Source: Fimbriosthenelais zetlandica
Taxonomy: Eukaryota
Reading direction: 5' to 3'
Assembly (NCBI GenBank): GCA_977030845.1
Contig: OZ365111.1
Coordinates: 51,274,001-51,338,000 of the forward strand
DNA length: 64,000 nt
The translations under genes were made by a program, and so were the position numbers. Positions within the stretch are counted from its first letter, which is position 1, and each line of letters begins with the position of its first letter. Below are positions 12,305 to 23,700 of the stretch, piece by piece. The notes below the pieces were generated by a model. It was not told the DNA's origin. It saw nothing but the letters and a program-made list of their open reading frames with translations, and did no database searches.

Positions 12305-13571
12305 AACATTTAGGGCGTTGGGGGAGGGGGGGGGGGGGGGGATTACAATCAACTGTAAGCATTATTTCTGACATTTATGGACTCAACTAGTCCCAGAGAG
12401 AATGGGATCAAAAAACATGATGAAATGGAAAATGTTCCCATTTTGACACGGATTTTGACACGGCCAAAATCATGTAATGGTTTTACATCTTGCATGCCTC
12501 TACACCAAACTTCCGCATGACGACGCCCTTTACTATGACATGCTTGACGGAGCATATATTATGACATGCGAGCTAAACGTTACCTGGGCTTTAAGAAATT
12601 ATTATGATCGAGTGGATCAGAGACTCAAGACTTGCCACAATTTAGGATTTGTCTAAATTCTCTGTCAAATTCAATTTTTCTCTAACCAATATGATACCAA
12701 AAATCTTTAAATCAAACGAACTCCGACCCCTCTACAGTCGTCATTTCCGCCCATTCTATTAATTATTTTATCAGTTATACAGGGTTACACAAAAAGGGGT
12801 GGGGTGGAGTTATTCCAAAAAATCCAAACATTTTTCCTTTACAAATCAATCAATTCCGTCAATCACCAATTCCCTGGCCATGAAGACATCATTTACCCAG
12901 CAAAGGTCGTGATAAACCCCTGGGAAAATATCCAGGTGGGCCATTATTTATAGAACAGGGAGGTTTTATTAATAAAATTACAATACCTGGTTGCTTCCCG
13001 ATTAGTTACACAATTTAAAACATCCCCAAGACTTAGCTTCAGGTTAACCTCAATGAATAGAACTAAAAATTCTAATTCTACCCGTCTTCCTTACTTGGCA
13101 CCTTCACATGGGTAATTCCCCAAAAGAATGCAAATTTAAACACTCTGAAATGCAAGTAAGAGTAGCCTATCTACAAAGGGGCCAATGTATGACAATCAGG
13201 CATGTCACTCCTGTACTATTCCATAATTTCCCCTATTTTCCCATGGCATTGAATTTTCCGTATTTTCCCATGGCATTGAATTTCCTTGAAGTTTCCCTGA
13301 CCTTGAATTTCCCCAAATTTTTCCTTGAATTTCCCTGACCAGTGACCGTCTCTATAACTATAGATCTCCTATTTCCCTTTCTAATCTATAAGGAATCACA
13401 TTTCTTACCAAGTCCATTTTACTTTAATTTAATGTTAAACGAGTATAAATTGATATGAATGAAAAAATGATTGGAGTATTTACAGAGAAACTCTGTGATG
13501 ACATGTCACAACAAAATGGACTACAAAGCCGTTAAGGTCACAAACAAAGTAGAAGTAAATAGAGTGAGATG

Positions 13572-13751
13572 CAGTGGTTCTCATGAAAACGGAAATCTCA
13601 CTAAAGCGACCATGTGACCACTAAATGGTCAGTTCAAACCGAGAACCATACTTTAACACCACTACGACAATCTTACTTAAGCGACCATCTCCCTATGTGA
13701 CCACTAAATCATGGTCATTCCCATGATGGTCGCAATAGTGGGAATCCACTG
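13572..13751. mobile_element. short copy of the same pogo-like MITE family as 7430-8141
   Basis: CAGTGGTTCTC...CTCACTAAAGCGACCATGTGACCACTAAATGGTCAG...GATGGTCGCAATAGTGGGAATCCACTG|TA. Confidence 0.55.
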
Positions 13752-14005
13752 TAGGAATACCGGACTCATAAACCGACGTAAACTAACGTGGATGACTGTA
13801 TTGACTAACAGAGAACTTCACGCGCAAGAAAGCCTGACATAATCAAAAACGGAAGCATGCATCGGGTGATACGAGAAATAAAAGAACTGTGAACATCCAA
13901 TGTGAAAAATATCTTAAAAACTAAAGTCTTATTTATTATGTAACATTTAACAAACGGAAAAATGTAACGAGAAAGAAGATAAAATTCTAAATACTATGTA
14001 ATTAT

Positions 14006-15391
14006 TCAGTGTTGGTGTTTCTTCTTTTTCTTCGTCTTCTTTTTGGGCTCGTTGGTGGGGGTGTCAAGGCGCCGCTTGGTACTACTGGATGCAGCTTGTA
14101 CTTCACTGTTAGAAGCCTCAGGCTCGTCTTCTGTTGAAAAAAAAGAGTTGAAAATTACAGAAAACCCAATTAGCCTACAATACATTTAATTGATAATAAA
14201 ACTTTGCCAAACAGTAAAATATAAGGCTATAATGTGCGGGAGCTGAGCTCAGGAGGTTAGAACCCAACTAGAAATAAAGTTATGAACTGGGAAGAAAAAA
14301 ACCCAGATAAATGTTTTTATAATGTAGAGTGTTAATTTTAGGCTGTACCTGGGTTGGGTTTTTTGTGCGCCTGCTGCCACAAGGCGTTCCGTACGAAGCG
14401 CTTCGCTGCGTCTCTGTTTACGTTTGGTTTCCGCGCTTTGTCTTCAATCTTCTGCTGAACCTCCTTAATTCTGTCCATATATCGCCTTACCCGGTCCTAA
14501 AGTATCACAAAAAATACATTAAAAATAAATATCATTAAAAATACATAATCAAGAAATTTATATTTACAGATTGTAATTCAAACATCATGTTTCTTTCACC
14601 TCAAGCCTTGCATGCTGATAAAACCTAGGTCTATAAATTCTAAATTCACCCAAATTTTAGTCTAACTCACCAATTCGCGTTTGACACCATGTTCTTTCGG
14701 ATTCTCTCCTTTACAGTTTAAGTACACTGAAAAAAATACAGCAAAATATTATAAATAGGAAATAAAAGTAAATAAATCACTATATTTTCTTGTATTAATT
14801 CTTTTATCAATATCATCTGGATCAGTCCATCCTTTCAAAATTTAGGCCTAAATATAATTTATTATCAATTTACAATAAATTAGAAAATTTTCATTAATAA
14901 ACTACATGTCGGCCTACAATAAATTAGTAGTCTACTCACTCCAAAACATCGAGTTGACGGCATAAACCCCTAGAAGATCAAGCCGAGCCTTGTCCAATGA
15001 CGAGAGCTGCAAAAAAAATTTAAATAAATATGAAATGAATGAATGATGCTTACACTTGAATGGACTTTACAAGAACGATTCAAAGGCTAAAAGCTGGGAG
15101 AGTAGCTTGGTTCCCGCCTATACATTCATTGTATAGATGGCGCTAGGGGATACACTGTAGATTGAGGAACAAGGCCTCAGCATTATAGGTATTGGAGAAA
15201 AGCTCTATTATCGCCCAGCTAAAAGTTAAACACTTCTCCCAGTCTAACCCCATGTCCTAATCGTTTACCTTTTCGTGTATTTGTGAGAGCGGCGTCCCGT
15301 GAAGCGCCTGCATGACATTATCCACTTTAGCCAGCGATTCGTCAAACGCTGTAAGCCTTTCGCTTAACTCACTGGGAAAGTTTTCATCCAT
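14006..15391 (-). CDS. C1D: nuclear nucleic acid-binding protein C1D (Rrp47/Sas10 domain exosome cofactor)
   Basis: Exons 15269-15391, 14940-15006, 14671-14726, 14349-14496 and 14006-14130 have canonical GT-AG and consistent phases. Translation MDENFPSELSERLTAFDESLAKVDNVM...LDKARLDLLGVYAVNSMFWMYLNCKGENPKEHGVKRELDRVRRYMDRIKE...DAAKRFVRNALW matches the C1D signature (AY.LNSMFW.YL..QG.NPKEH.VK.EL.R...YM...A.RFV.NALW); Lys-rich tail. Confidence 0.95.
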
Positions 15392-16182
15392 GCTTCTTTC
15401 TCAACTGGCCACTTCCGGTAGAGCTCATCCTAAAATATGGAACTTACAAGAGGCTTACGGTCAACACAGAAGAGATTTTGCTTTGGATTCAACAACTTTT
15501 ACAGATAATTCCGAGATCTTATTTGAAGAACAGTCGACCTATTGTTTTACGGTGAATAAGTAAGTTTTTGTCTGTATCAGCGTTAGAGTGTCTTTCCGGT
15601 TACCACTTCATCGTTTTGACTTTTTGCAAACACCAGTCACCGGAAGTGCCCAGAAATCTTGAAGGTAGGAAGTTGACAATGTTTATTTTCATGTTTTCTC
15701 GACAATATATTCATTTCTGCTGCTGTCATATGGCTAAACTAATTGATATATAGATGATCTTGACTTATGAAACAAATTCGTAGTGATTACAGGCTGATTT
15801 TACACTTAAACGAGTGATAAACATTCGGTGAGCGATAATATGAGTAATTACAGGCTCTGGTATCGAAGGTGTCCGGCCAGAGTTCTATCCCTTGTCACTG
15901 TACCACCCAAGCGACATGACAAGGTACCACCCCCCTTGCCAGATTACGACTACACTTACCTGAGTGTTTTTATCATTGCCATTGAGTTTCTATTTAAAGA
16001 TTTTGCCAAATTTTGGTATTTAGAAAATGGAAGAGAGCCTTTTGCTAAAGGAAAATTAGGTGATATTTAATTTTTATGACAGCAAGTGATGTTGTAAAGG
16101 AAAGATAAATTATTGGACAGATGTTTTAATGTTCTTGAAATGTGATGAATTCTCAACCTATTTCTGAACTTCCTTTTGCCAG
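15392..16182. promoter_or_regulatory. probable bidirectional promoter/5' UTR region of C1D and the zinc-finger gene
   Basis: Head-to-head genes with ATGs 830 bp apart; ETS-type CCGGAAG(T) motifs at ~15410 (ACTTCCGG), ~15593 (TTCCGG) and ~15640 (CCGGAAGTG). Confidence 0.5.
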
Positions 16183-16220
16183 GTGAAAACGCAGTCCTAA
16201 GGTTGATGTGATCAGCCAAT

Positions 16221-19200
16221 ATGAGTGTTCGCAGGAGACGTCGCAAGGTATCTCTACCAGTTGAGGTGAATGTTGGCGGGGGTTCTGTGGATACCAGCCT
16301 GACCCCATCACGTCCTAAACGAACTAAATGCACCTCTATCTACAGACAATCTCCTCACGACGGCAATAAAGCGGACCGTCTTCACAAGAGATCAAAACCA
16401 GCAGCGAAAATACCCTCCAAAAATCAGATACAACAGTCAGTGTCTTTAGAAGAGGTCTCCAAAGATGCTGAAAGTGAACATGAAAATTTGGAAGGAGGGA
16501 ACTCTGTGACAGTTTTGTCGGCAAGAGGTGTTAGAACGGAACAAAATGATGTGGAAACGCGGGAGAATTTAGTAGTGAGTCATAAAGCGAACAAATCAGA
16601 TGAACGTGCTAACACAGAGACTCAGAAAAAGTCACCAAATAACACAGAAATGAATGACAATGTGTCCTCATCAGAAGAAAATCGTGTACTGCGAGGAGAC
16701 AAATCCTGCCCTGTTGAAAACGGTACTGAAAATTCATCAACGAAAGAATCCGACTCCCTTGAAAGAAATGAGGCTGAGATTTCCACCAAGACATCTCCCC
16801 GAACTGCCAGAGTTTCTAAAGTTAAAAAGAGCGCCAATATAGAAAGTGGTAAAGTGGAGAAGGAGAGGAAAACAGACCTAAATGAGGCCAAGATTAATAA
16901 AAGTACAGAGAAAGATAAAACCTGTCCTTACTGTGACTTTGTTTACAGCTCTCCGCGACATTTAACTCCCCATCTGAAAGACGCGCACAAATCACTGATT
17001 AAAACGACAGGCGACAAACTGTCGTCATATAAATGTCTGCACTGCGAGCAGTGGTGTACGAGACCCAGGAAAATCCTACAACATATGCAGAACTACCACC
17101 CAGAACAGTTCACGCGGGCTGACCTGGTGAAGACTCACACGTATACCTGTACACAGACAGACTGTACCATGAGCTTCACCAGTCCTCTCAGGCTCACTCA
17201 ACATTTAGCTAGAGATCATAAAATACACATTAAAATAGAGAAGCGGAGAGTGTATGACAAGGCTGAGTTAGAGCGGCGGGGGGCGAGGGTGGCGGCGGGG
17301 GAGGAGGTGATGTGGGGGCGGAAAGGCAGACGTAAAGCCTCTACATTATCAACAAAATTCCATAAGTAAGTCATTTTCTCATTAAAAACACATATACTAT
17401 TTGGGAAAAGGTGTTCACCATAATATGGAGGCGTTCACTATTGAAGGATGACTGTATACGACACCTCAAGAACTGGGAACTGCCTACAAATCTTAACTAT
17501 CTGATACATTTTTAGGCAGTTTCTATTTATCAAGAAGTAGAAATTCTTCTTTTATTATGCTTTTATAAACTGTTTTTATTGTATAATGAGATTACGTTTT
17601 CTGATAAGGAATATTTTATGAGGAATGAGTCGATCATTTTTGACCATGATTAATTGTGATTTTTTTGTTTGATTGTGATTTTTGTGTGTGATTTTTGTGA
17701 TATTTTAGGAGCTCCCGGATCAAGGACTGTCATGCCTCATGTTGGAGTGTGGCTGCTAGCAGGGGACAGTACAACTGTGGTTACTGTAAGAAAACATTCT
17801 CATATCACTCTGTATGTGTGGGACATGAGGCAGGACATGAGACCACCAAACAACAACTCAACAAAGGTTAGTCCTTACACAATATTCATCAAGTCTAACC
17901 AATCATGAGTACGATTGTACGATTTAAAAGTCAAAATTGTCAAGTGTGTATTCTTAAAAAAGCTTACTACCGGTATATTGATTTTTGTATGAATCTGTTA
18001 ATAAACGTATTTTCTAATGAAATTTAATAAATATTCTCATGGAATATTGTGTTTTTCATATATGAAAGGTAGCGAGTGTGAGGAAGAATTCACCGATTCT
18101 GTTATACTCTCTGAGCATATCACAGAAGTTCACAAGGAGAAGGAGAAGCGGGTGAACAACAAGTGTGAGCAGTGTGGGAAGGTGTTCACTTCACCCTGGT
18201 ACGTGAAGAAACACGTGGACGTGGTTCACCACAAACACGCCCGGTATACGTGTAAGATCTGTGGACGTAGCTTCAGATACCGCGGGAGTTTGACGCACCA
18301 TAACGTGTCACGTCACGGCTCGGGGGTCAGCAGACAGTACGTGTGTAATACGTGTGGATGCGTGTTAAAATCACGGCTAGGTTTAGTCATACACACACGT
18401 AGACACACAGGGATCAAACCGTACACGTGTCTGTTCTGTAACCGCTGTTTCACGACTGGGACTCATTTAAAGGATCATCAGAGAATTCACACGGGTGAGA
18501 GGCCTCATACGTGCCCGGTATGTCACACAACCTTCACCAACCCGGGCTCCCTCTACAACCATCTCTACAAGTACGCCGTACATGGACCTCTACCCAAAGT
18601 ACGCAAAAACGACGGCGGCGTCAGTCAGACGGACTTTGATGACGCCGTCAAGGAGCTAGGGGGCACTGGGGGGTTAAAAAGGGGCGCGGTGGGGGCGAGG
18701 AAGAGGGGTAAAAGGCCGGGTAAGAATGAGGGGGGTGGTGGGAATGTGGGGTTGGATACCCTGGCTCAGGTGGCGGGGATGGTGAACGGTTTACTGAGTC
18801 AAAACGAGGAGAGCGGGGAGTTAATCAGTGAACATGGTGACTTGATCGCTTTAAGAGATAACCCGTTAGTTAATCAGATACAGATAGTGACTGTAGAGAG
18901 TGGTGTAGATAACGCCCATATTAACCTCCCAGACGGCCACCAGGTGGTCTTAATTATACCGGCCAACGGTGGCAGCACTGTACCCCCACAAGGTACAGTA
19001 CTGGACGGGGTGGACGGGGGTGGGGGTGAGGGGGTGAGCTACATACAGTTAGACATGAATGATAGTGAACATGCCATGAATGACGACGCCAGTGGTGATT
19101 CCCAAAGACAGGAGATGATAGGGACAGAGGAGCTGTTCAATGGGACAGAACAAGGGACAGGAAAACCAGAAACTGTACATGTAGAACAAAGTGATATACG

Positions 19201-19921
19201 GATGGACATACAAAATATGGTCGCGGAATCTGAGATGGAAATTGAAAGAGAAACTGAAAGTTGTGAAACACAAAATATGGATGAAACTGTTCTTGTTGAG
19301 GGAACGGAGAATGTGGTCGACCAAACAGTGTTGACAAAGGATAATGTCGACACTGTGATCTACGAGACAACCCAGCATGACAACACTGTGCTGCTGACTG
19401 AAATAGAAAACGTCATTCAAAATAAAGATTTACAAGTGGAAACGATAGACACTGAGGCTGAGATTGGTGTCCCAATAGAAACACAAAATGTGGACAAAGA
19501 AATTGTTTTGCCTTTAGAAATCAGGAATGTTAGTGAAACTGTTACACCAGCTGGTGAAACTGTTATACCAGTTGGTGAAACTGTTATAGGCCCACCAGTT
19601 GGTGAAACTGTTATAGGCCCACCAGTTGGTGAAACTGTTATAGGCACACCAGTTGGTGAAACTGTTATACCAGTTGAGAGAGTTACCGATACTGTTATAG
19701 AAACAATAGAAACAGAGACAGTTTTACCTGTTGAAGTAGTCGCCGGTGCTGTTGAGGAGATCGTCTTACCAGTAGAGACAGAGTCTGATGTTGATGAAAC
19801 TGTTGTACATCTGGAGACAGGAAATCTGAATCTGACTGTTGAACCAGTGGACCCACAAAATGTAGTTACAGAAAATATTGAATTTGTTCTTACGGCTTCT
19901 AATGATCATATAAGCTGCTAA
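16221..19921 (+). CDS. C2H2 zinc-finger protein (~1,050 aa, ~9-10 fingers, acidic C-terminal region)
   Basis: Exons 16221-17365, 17709-17866 and 18069-19921 join in frame; CxxC...HxxxH fingers with TGIKPY/TGERPH linkers; in-frame stop at 16209 upstream of the ATG; basic N-terminus (RRRRRK). Confidence 0.85.
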
Positions 19922-20790
19922 AAAAACTAGAATATATTTCAAGATATAGACCTGCAAAGATTATTATGCCATGAAGGCACCAATGAATGAAATTTAATAA
20001 AATCTAAAGCACTTGACTGGTTTACGACATTAATCTACATTTTATTTTTAAACTTCTTGACTGTGGCAGTTTAAAATGTATGGTCGGCTAGAATTTCGCC
20101 ACTTTTTATGCTACGTTTCCCCTCCCTAGAGTTTGACATTTAACATAAAATTGCTTTTTAATGTCATTACATGCTTTAATGCTCAGTGAAATCTAACAAG
20201 CTTTAGGCTACAGACCGACATATTGGGCCTTTTCCGGGTCGTCATTGGGGCAAATAGAGCTTAAGCCAAATAGACATAATTATGCAGTAAAATTTTACCA
20301 TTTATTTCCAGCCATAAATTTTACCCTTGCCACTCGTTTTCTAATATTTCAGTTCTTTTCAGACATCTCTTATTTCACCAAATAGGAATTAAACATTTCA
20401 AGAGCTATATTTTTCGTATGTCCAGCCTTTCAAACATAGCTTCTTCCGAATAAATGTATTGCCGTTATCAACTATTTCCAGACAGGCCTCTAAAGGCTAA
20501 AAAGGTCATTATACTTCCAAATTGTAGCATTTTGTCAGATCAAGATCAAGGCATCACATTAGATTTCTTTGGGTTTATTAATTTCACCATAACACTGAAT
20601 CTCACGATTCCCTTTAACAGGTTAATAGGCCTTCAACATTGGTAGTCCGTTAACGATTCACAACATTGGTAGTCCGTTAACAATTCAACAAGCAGTCCCT
20701 TAACAATTCAATGAGCGTAGTCCATTAACAATCTGTATACATGTCCATGTATATTAATAGAGGGTCATCATCAGATCATCACAGGGTCAG

Positions 20791-23700
20791 CTAGTAAGTG
20801 AAAGGCAGGTCCATCAGGCCTACTGTATGGAGGGTCTTGATGTAAGCTTCAGCAATTCTCAGCTTCAGAATACCAACAGGTATGTTGGACACGGGTACAA
20901 AGTGTGCGCCAATACTGCAAGATGAACAATGACAGTTTGTAAAGTCAATGTAAAAGTAAAACGCTAGCAAAATCAAATTCCATTTCAAAACAGATTTTTC
21001 GATCCTTACCCAGATTCCAGAGCCTCGATGAAGGCAGGTGCTGCCAGGATAGCTTTAACAGGGGTGGCGTCCAATCCAGCGGCAGGTACTAAAAGCAAAA
21101 AAAAATACATTAAACCAGAGTCATCAAGTTAAAAAAACAATCTTTAAAACTTACTTTAATGTTTTACTCACCGATTCCAACGGCTTTGCTGGTGATGATT
21201 GCTTTAACCACATGGTCAAACACGGGTAGGATGTCTCCAGCTGTCACCATCGTTGTTGTGCTGCCCGACAGTACATCAGCCAGTCTAAATGACAAAAACA
21301 ATCTACGTCTTAGCCTAAATGAAATAGCATAAGCCATGTTCCCATAAATTTTCTAAAGGCACAAGTTGAAAAGGTACATACACGTCAGCGTATTTGGCGC
21401 GGATGTTTGTGTAGATCGGATTCTCTAAGAAGACTTCAGGTGCAATGGGTGCACCAAAGGCACCAATACCAGCAGCAATGGGTGCACCAAAGGCACCAAT
21501 GTGGTTACTGAAAGGTCCAAGGCCACCAATGGGAGAACCAAAACCTCCAATACTAGCAGTTGGGTTAGCAACTGTGCCGAAGGGCATGCCATAAGGTCCA
21601 GCAGCCAGGGGAATGCCATAACCAGCCGCTATGTGGTTGCCAAAAGCACCTAGTCCACCAGCAGTAACAGGCCATGCACGGATTCCTGCTGCAGGATGGC
21701 CGAACGCAGTGAAGGGACCAATTCCAGCAGCCAGGGGAATGCCAGCAGCAATGGGGTTACCGAAATAACCCATACCAGGAGCAATGGGTTCACCAAAAGC
21801 ACCAATACCAGCAGCCAAGGGATTGCCGAAAGTACCAGCACCAAGGGGGACGCCAAAGGCAGCACCAATTCCAGCAGCAATCGGGTTGCCCAACGATCCA
21901 AATCCTCCGATAGCTCCACAAACACCGGTGGTTACACAAGGCATTGCCATGTGCAATACTGAAAAGATCGTCATAATTTTTAAAATCTAAGTCCTTTAAA
22001 AAATATTGGAAATCCCCAATGTATCAAAAAAGTCATATTCTCACCCAGTTGGCTGGCGAACCATGCTCGTACTGCGGCCATGTTTTCCATCTTGGCGATC
22101 GGTGAGAGGGCAACACGAAGCTCATTAGCCAGCACTGCAAACGGTGTGGTCAGTAGTCCTTCAATGGGAGCAATGGCGGCCATGTTGGATGCACCAATCA
22201 TCTTACCAAGCCAAGATTTCAGCACAGACGGTCCAAAGGCTGCCTCGATCCTTGCAGGTAGCTCCACTAGTATCGCTTTCTCCCACACTTTGTAAGCCAT
22301 TGGTTCGGCTCCACAGATCGCTACTTCCTTCTTGATCACCGTCATGATCTTAGCTTTCATTACAGGCAAGATGGACGCCATTGTTGCCGTTCTCCAGTCA
22401 GCTGGGATGATCTCCTTCACTACAGTCACATCTGTCGTAGTACAAGGTTAAGATATTCTAAGCAATCTCTCAGCTTTCAAACATGTTCAGTCTTTAGAAT
22501 ATTAAGCCATTACCCAAAGAGTTAAGAAAAGTCAACCTACCAGACACAGACGCTATGTGGGCAGCAATGGCCGCCTGTTCACGTTCAAACAGTGAAGTAA
22601 CTGCTGTCACAATCTCAGCCTCAGTGACAGTCTTGGTCTTGGCAGCGCTGGTCAGGGCGTAGTGAAGTACACTGGCGACAGAGGCCTTAGCCTTGATGAA
22701 GTGCACATTGACGGCACCAGGCAGCAATGCTACAAGAAGAATGCATGCAATTACATTACTTTTATCATAAGGCAACATTGAATTATGTTGGCCACAGTTG
22801 GTTTCATCTAGTATGAAATAAAGTGCAATGGTCGTGCCATACCTGCAGCGAATTTGGCGGCCACACCCTTGATGCAAGTTGCTGGGACAGCCGGTTCAAT
22901 TTCCTCAAACAGAGGACCGATCATTTGGGCGATTACTGCAGGGTGGATGCGAGCTAGTGGTTCAAATCCAGTTAAAGCATGGCCTGCCAGGATGGCTGCA
23001 ACTGCTGGGTCTGCAATTTAAATAAATACCACAACATCTGGTCTCTTATGTAGACTCTAAAATGCGGTTAGGATAACACAAATACAACTTACCATAGATT
23101 GGTGCTACACCTGCACCGGAAGCTCCCATCAGTCCCCACGCATGCGCCATAGCCATGATGGGTTTGATACTGACGATGTCCGCTGCAATGTCCATCTTTA
23201 AAGCCTTGACCACTCCACCACAAGCTCCAACCACAGGGGCGATCATAGCTACAACCTGCAAGATAGGCTACCTCAATTACTCTACCATTCAATAGCCACT
23301 ATCATATGTCAAGTGTCAGCCCAGCCTGGCTAAAAGTTCAAGAAATTCCTATCCCTTTACCTTAGCCCTTTGAGCAACCGGAATAGCAGAAGCCAAGTCC
23401 ATTGCGACTATGTTGGGAATTGCCGTGGCAAACCTGCCGAACAATTTAAACATGTATACATCAACTTAATGTAAACTAAGTATGATAATCTATTGCAATA
23501 ATCTAAATCTCAAACTGAAGTCGCTAGGCTTAGTTTGCATAATATCAGAAATTTAACCAACCTGTTCTCAATTTGAACAATGGTAGCATGAACAGCAGAT
23601 GTCAGTACTTTAGCGTCCATGGCACAGATGCTGCCAGAATCCACCTTGGCGACGATATGGTTGAAGGCATCCACGATAGCGGGACCAGTCAGGGCTCCCT

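Noticed and set aside
13108-13345. ORF 13108-13338 with NFPYFPMAL duplication
   Set aside because: It reads through a TTTCCC-rich degenerate repeat, probably a transposon remnant, not a gene.
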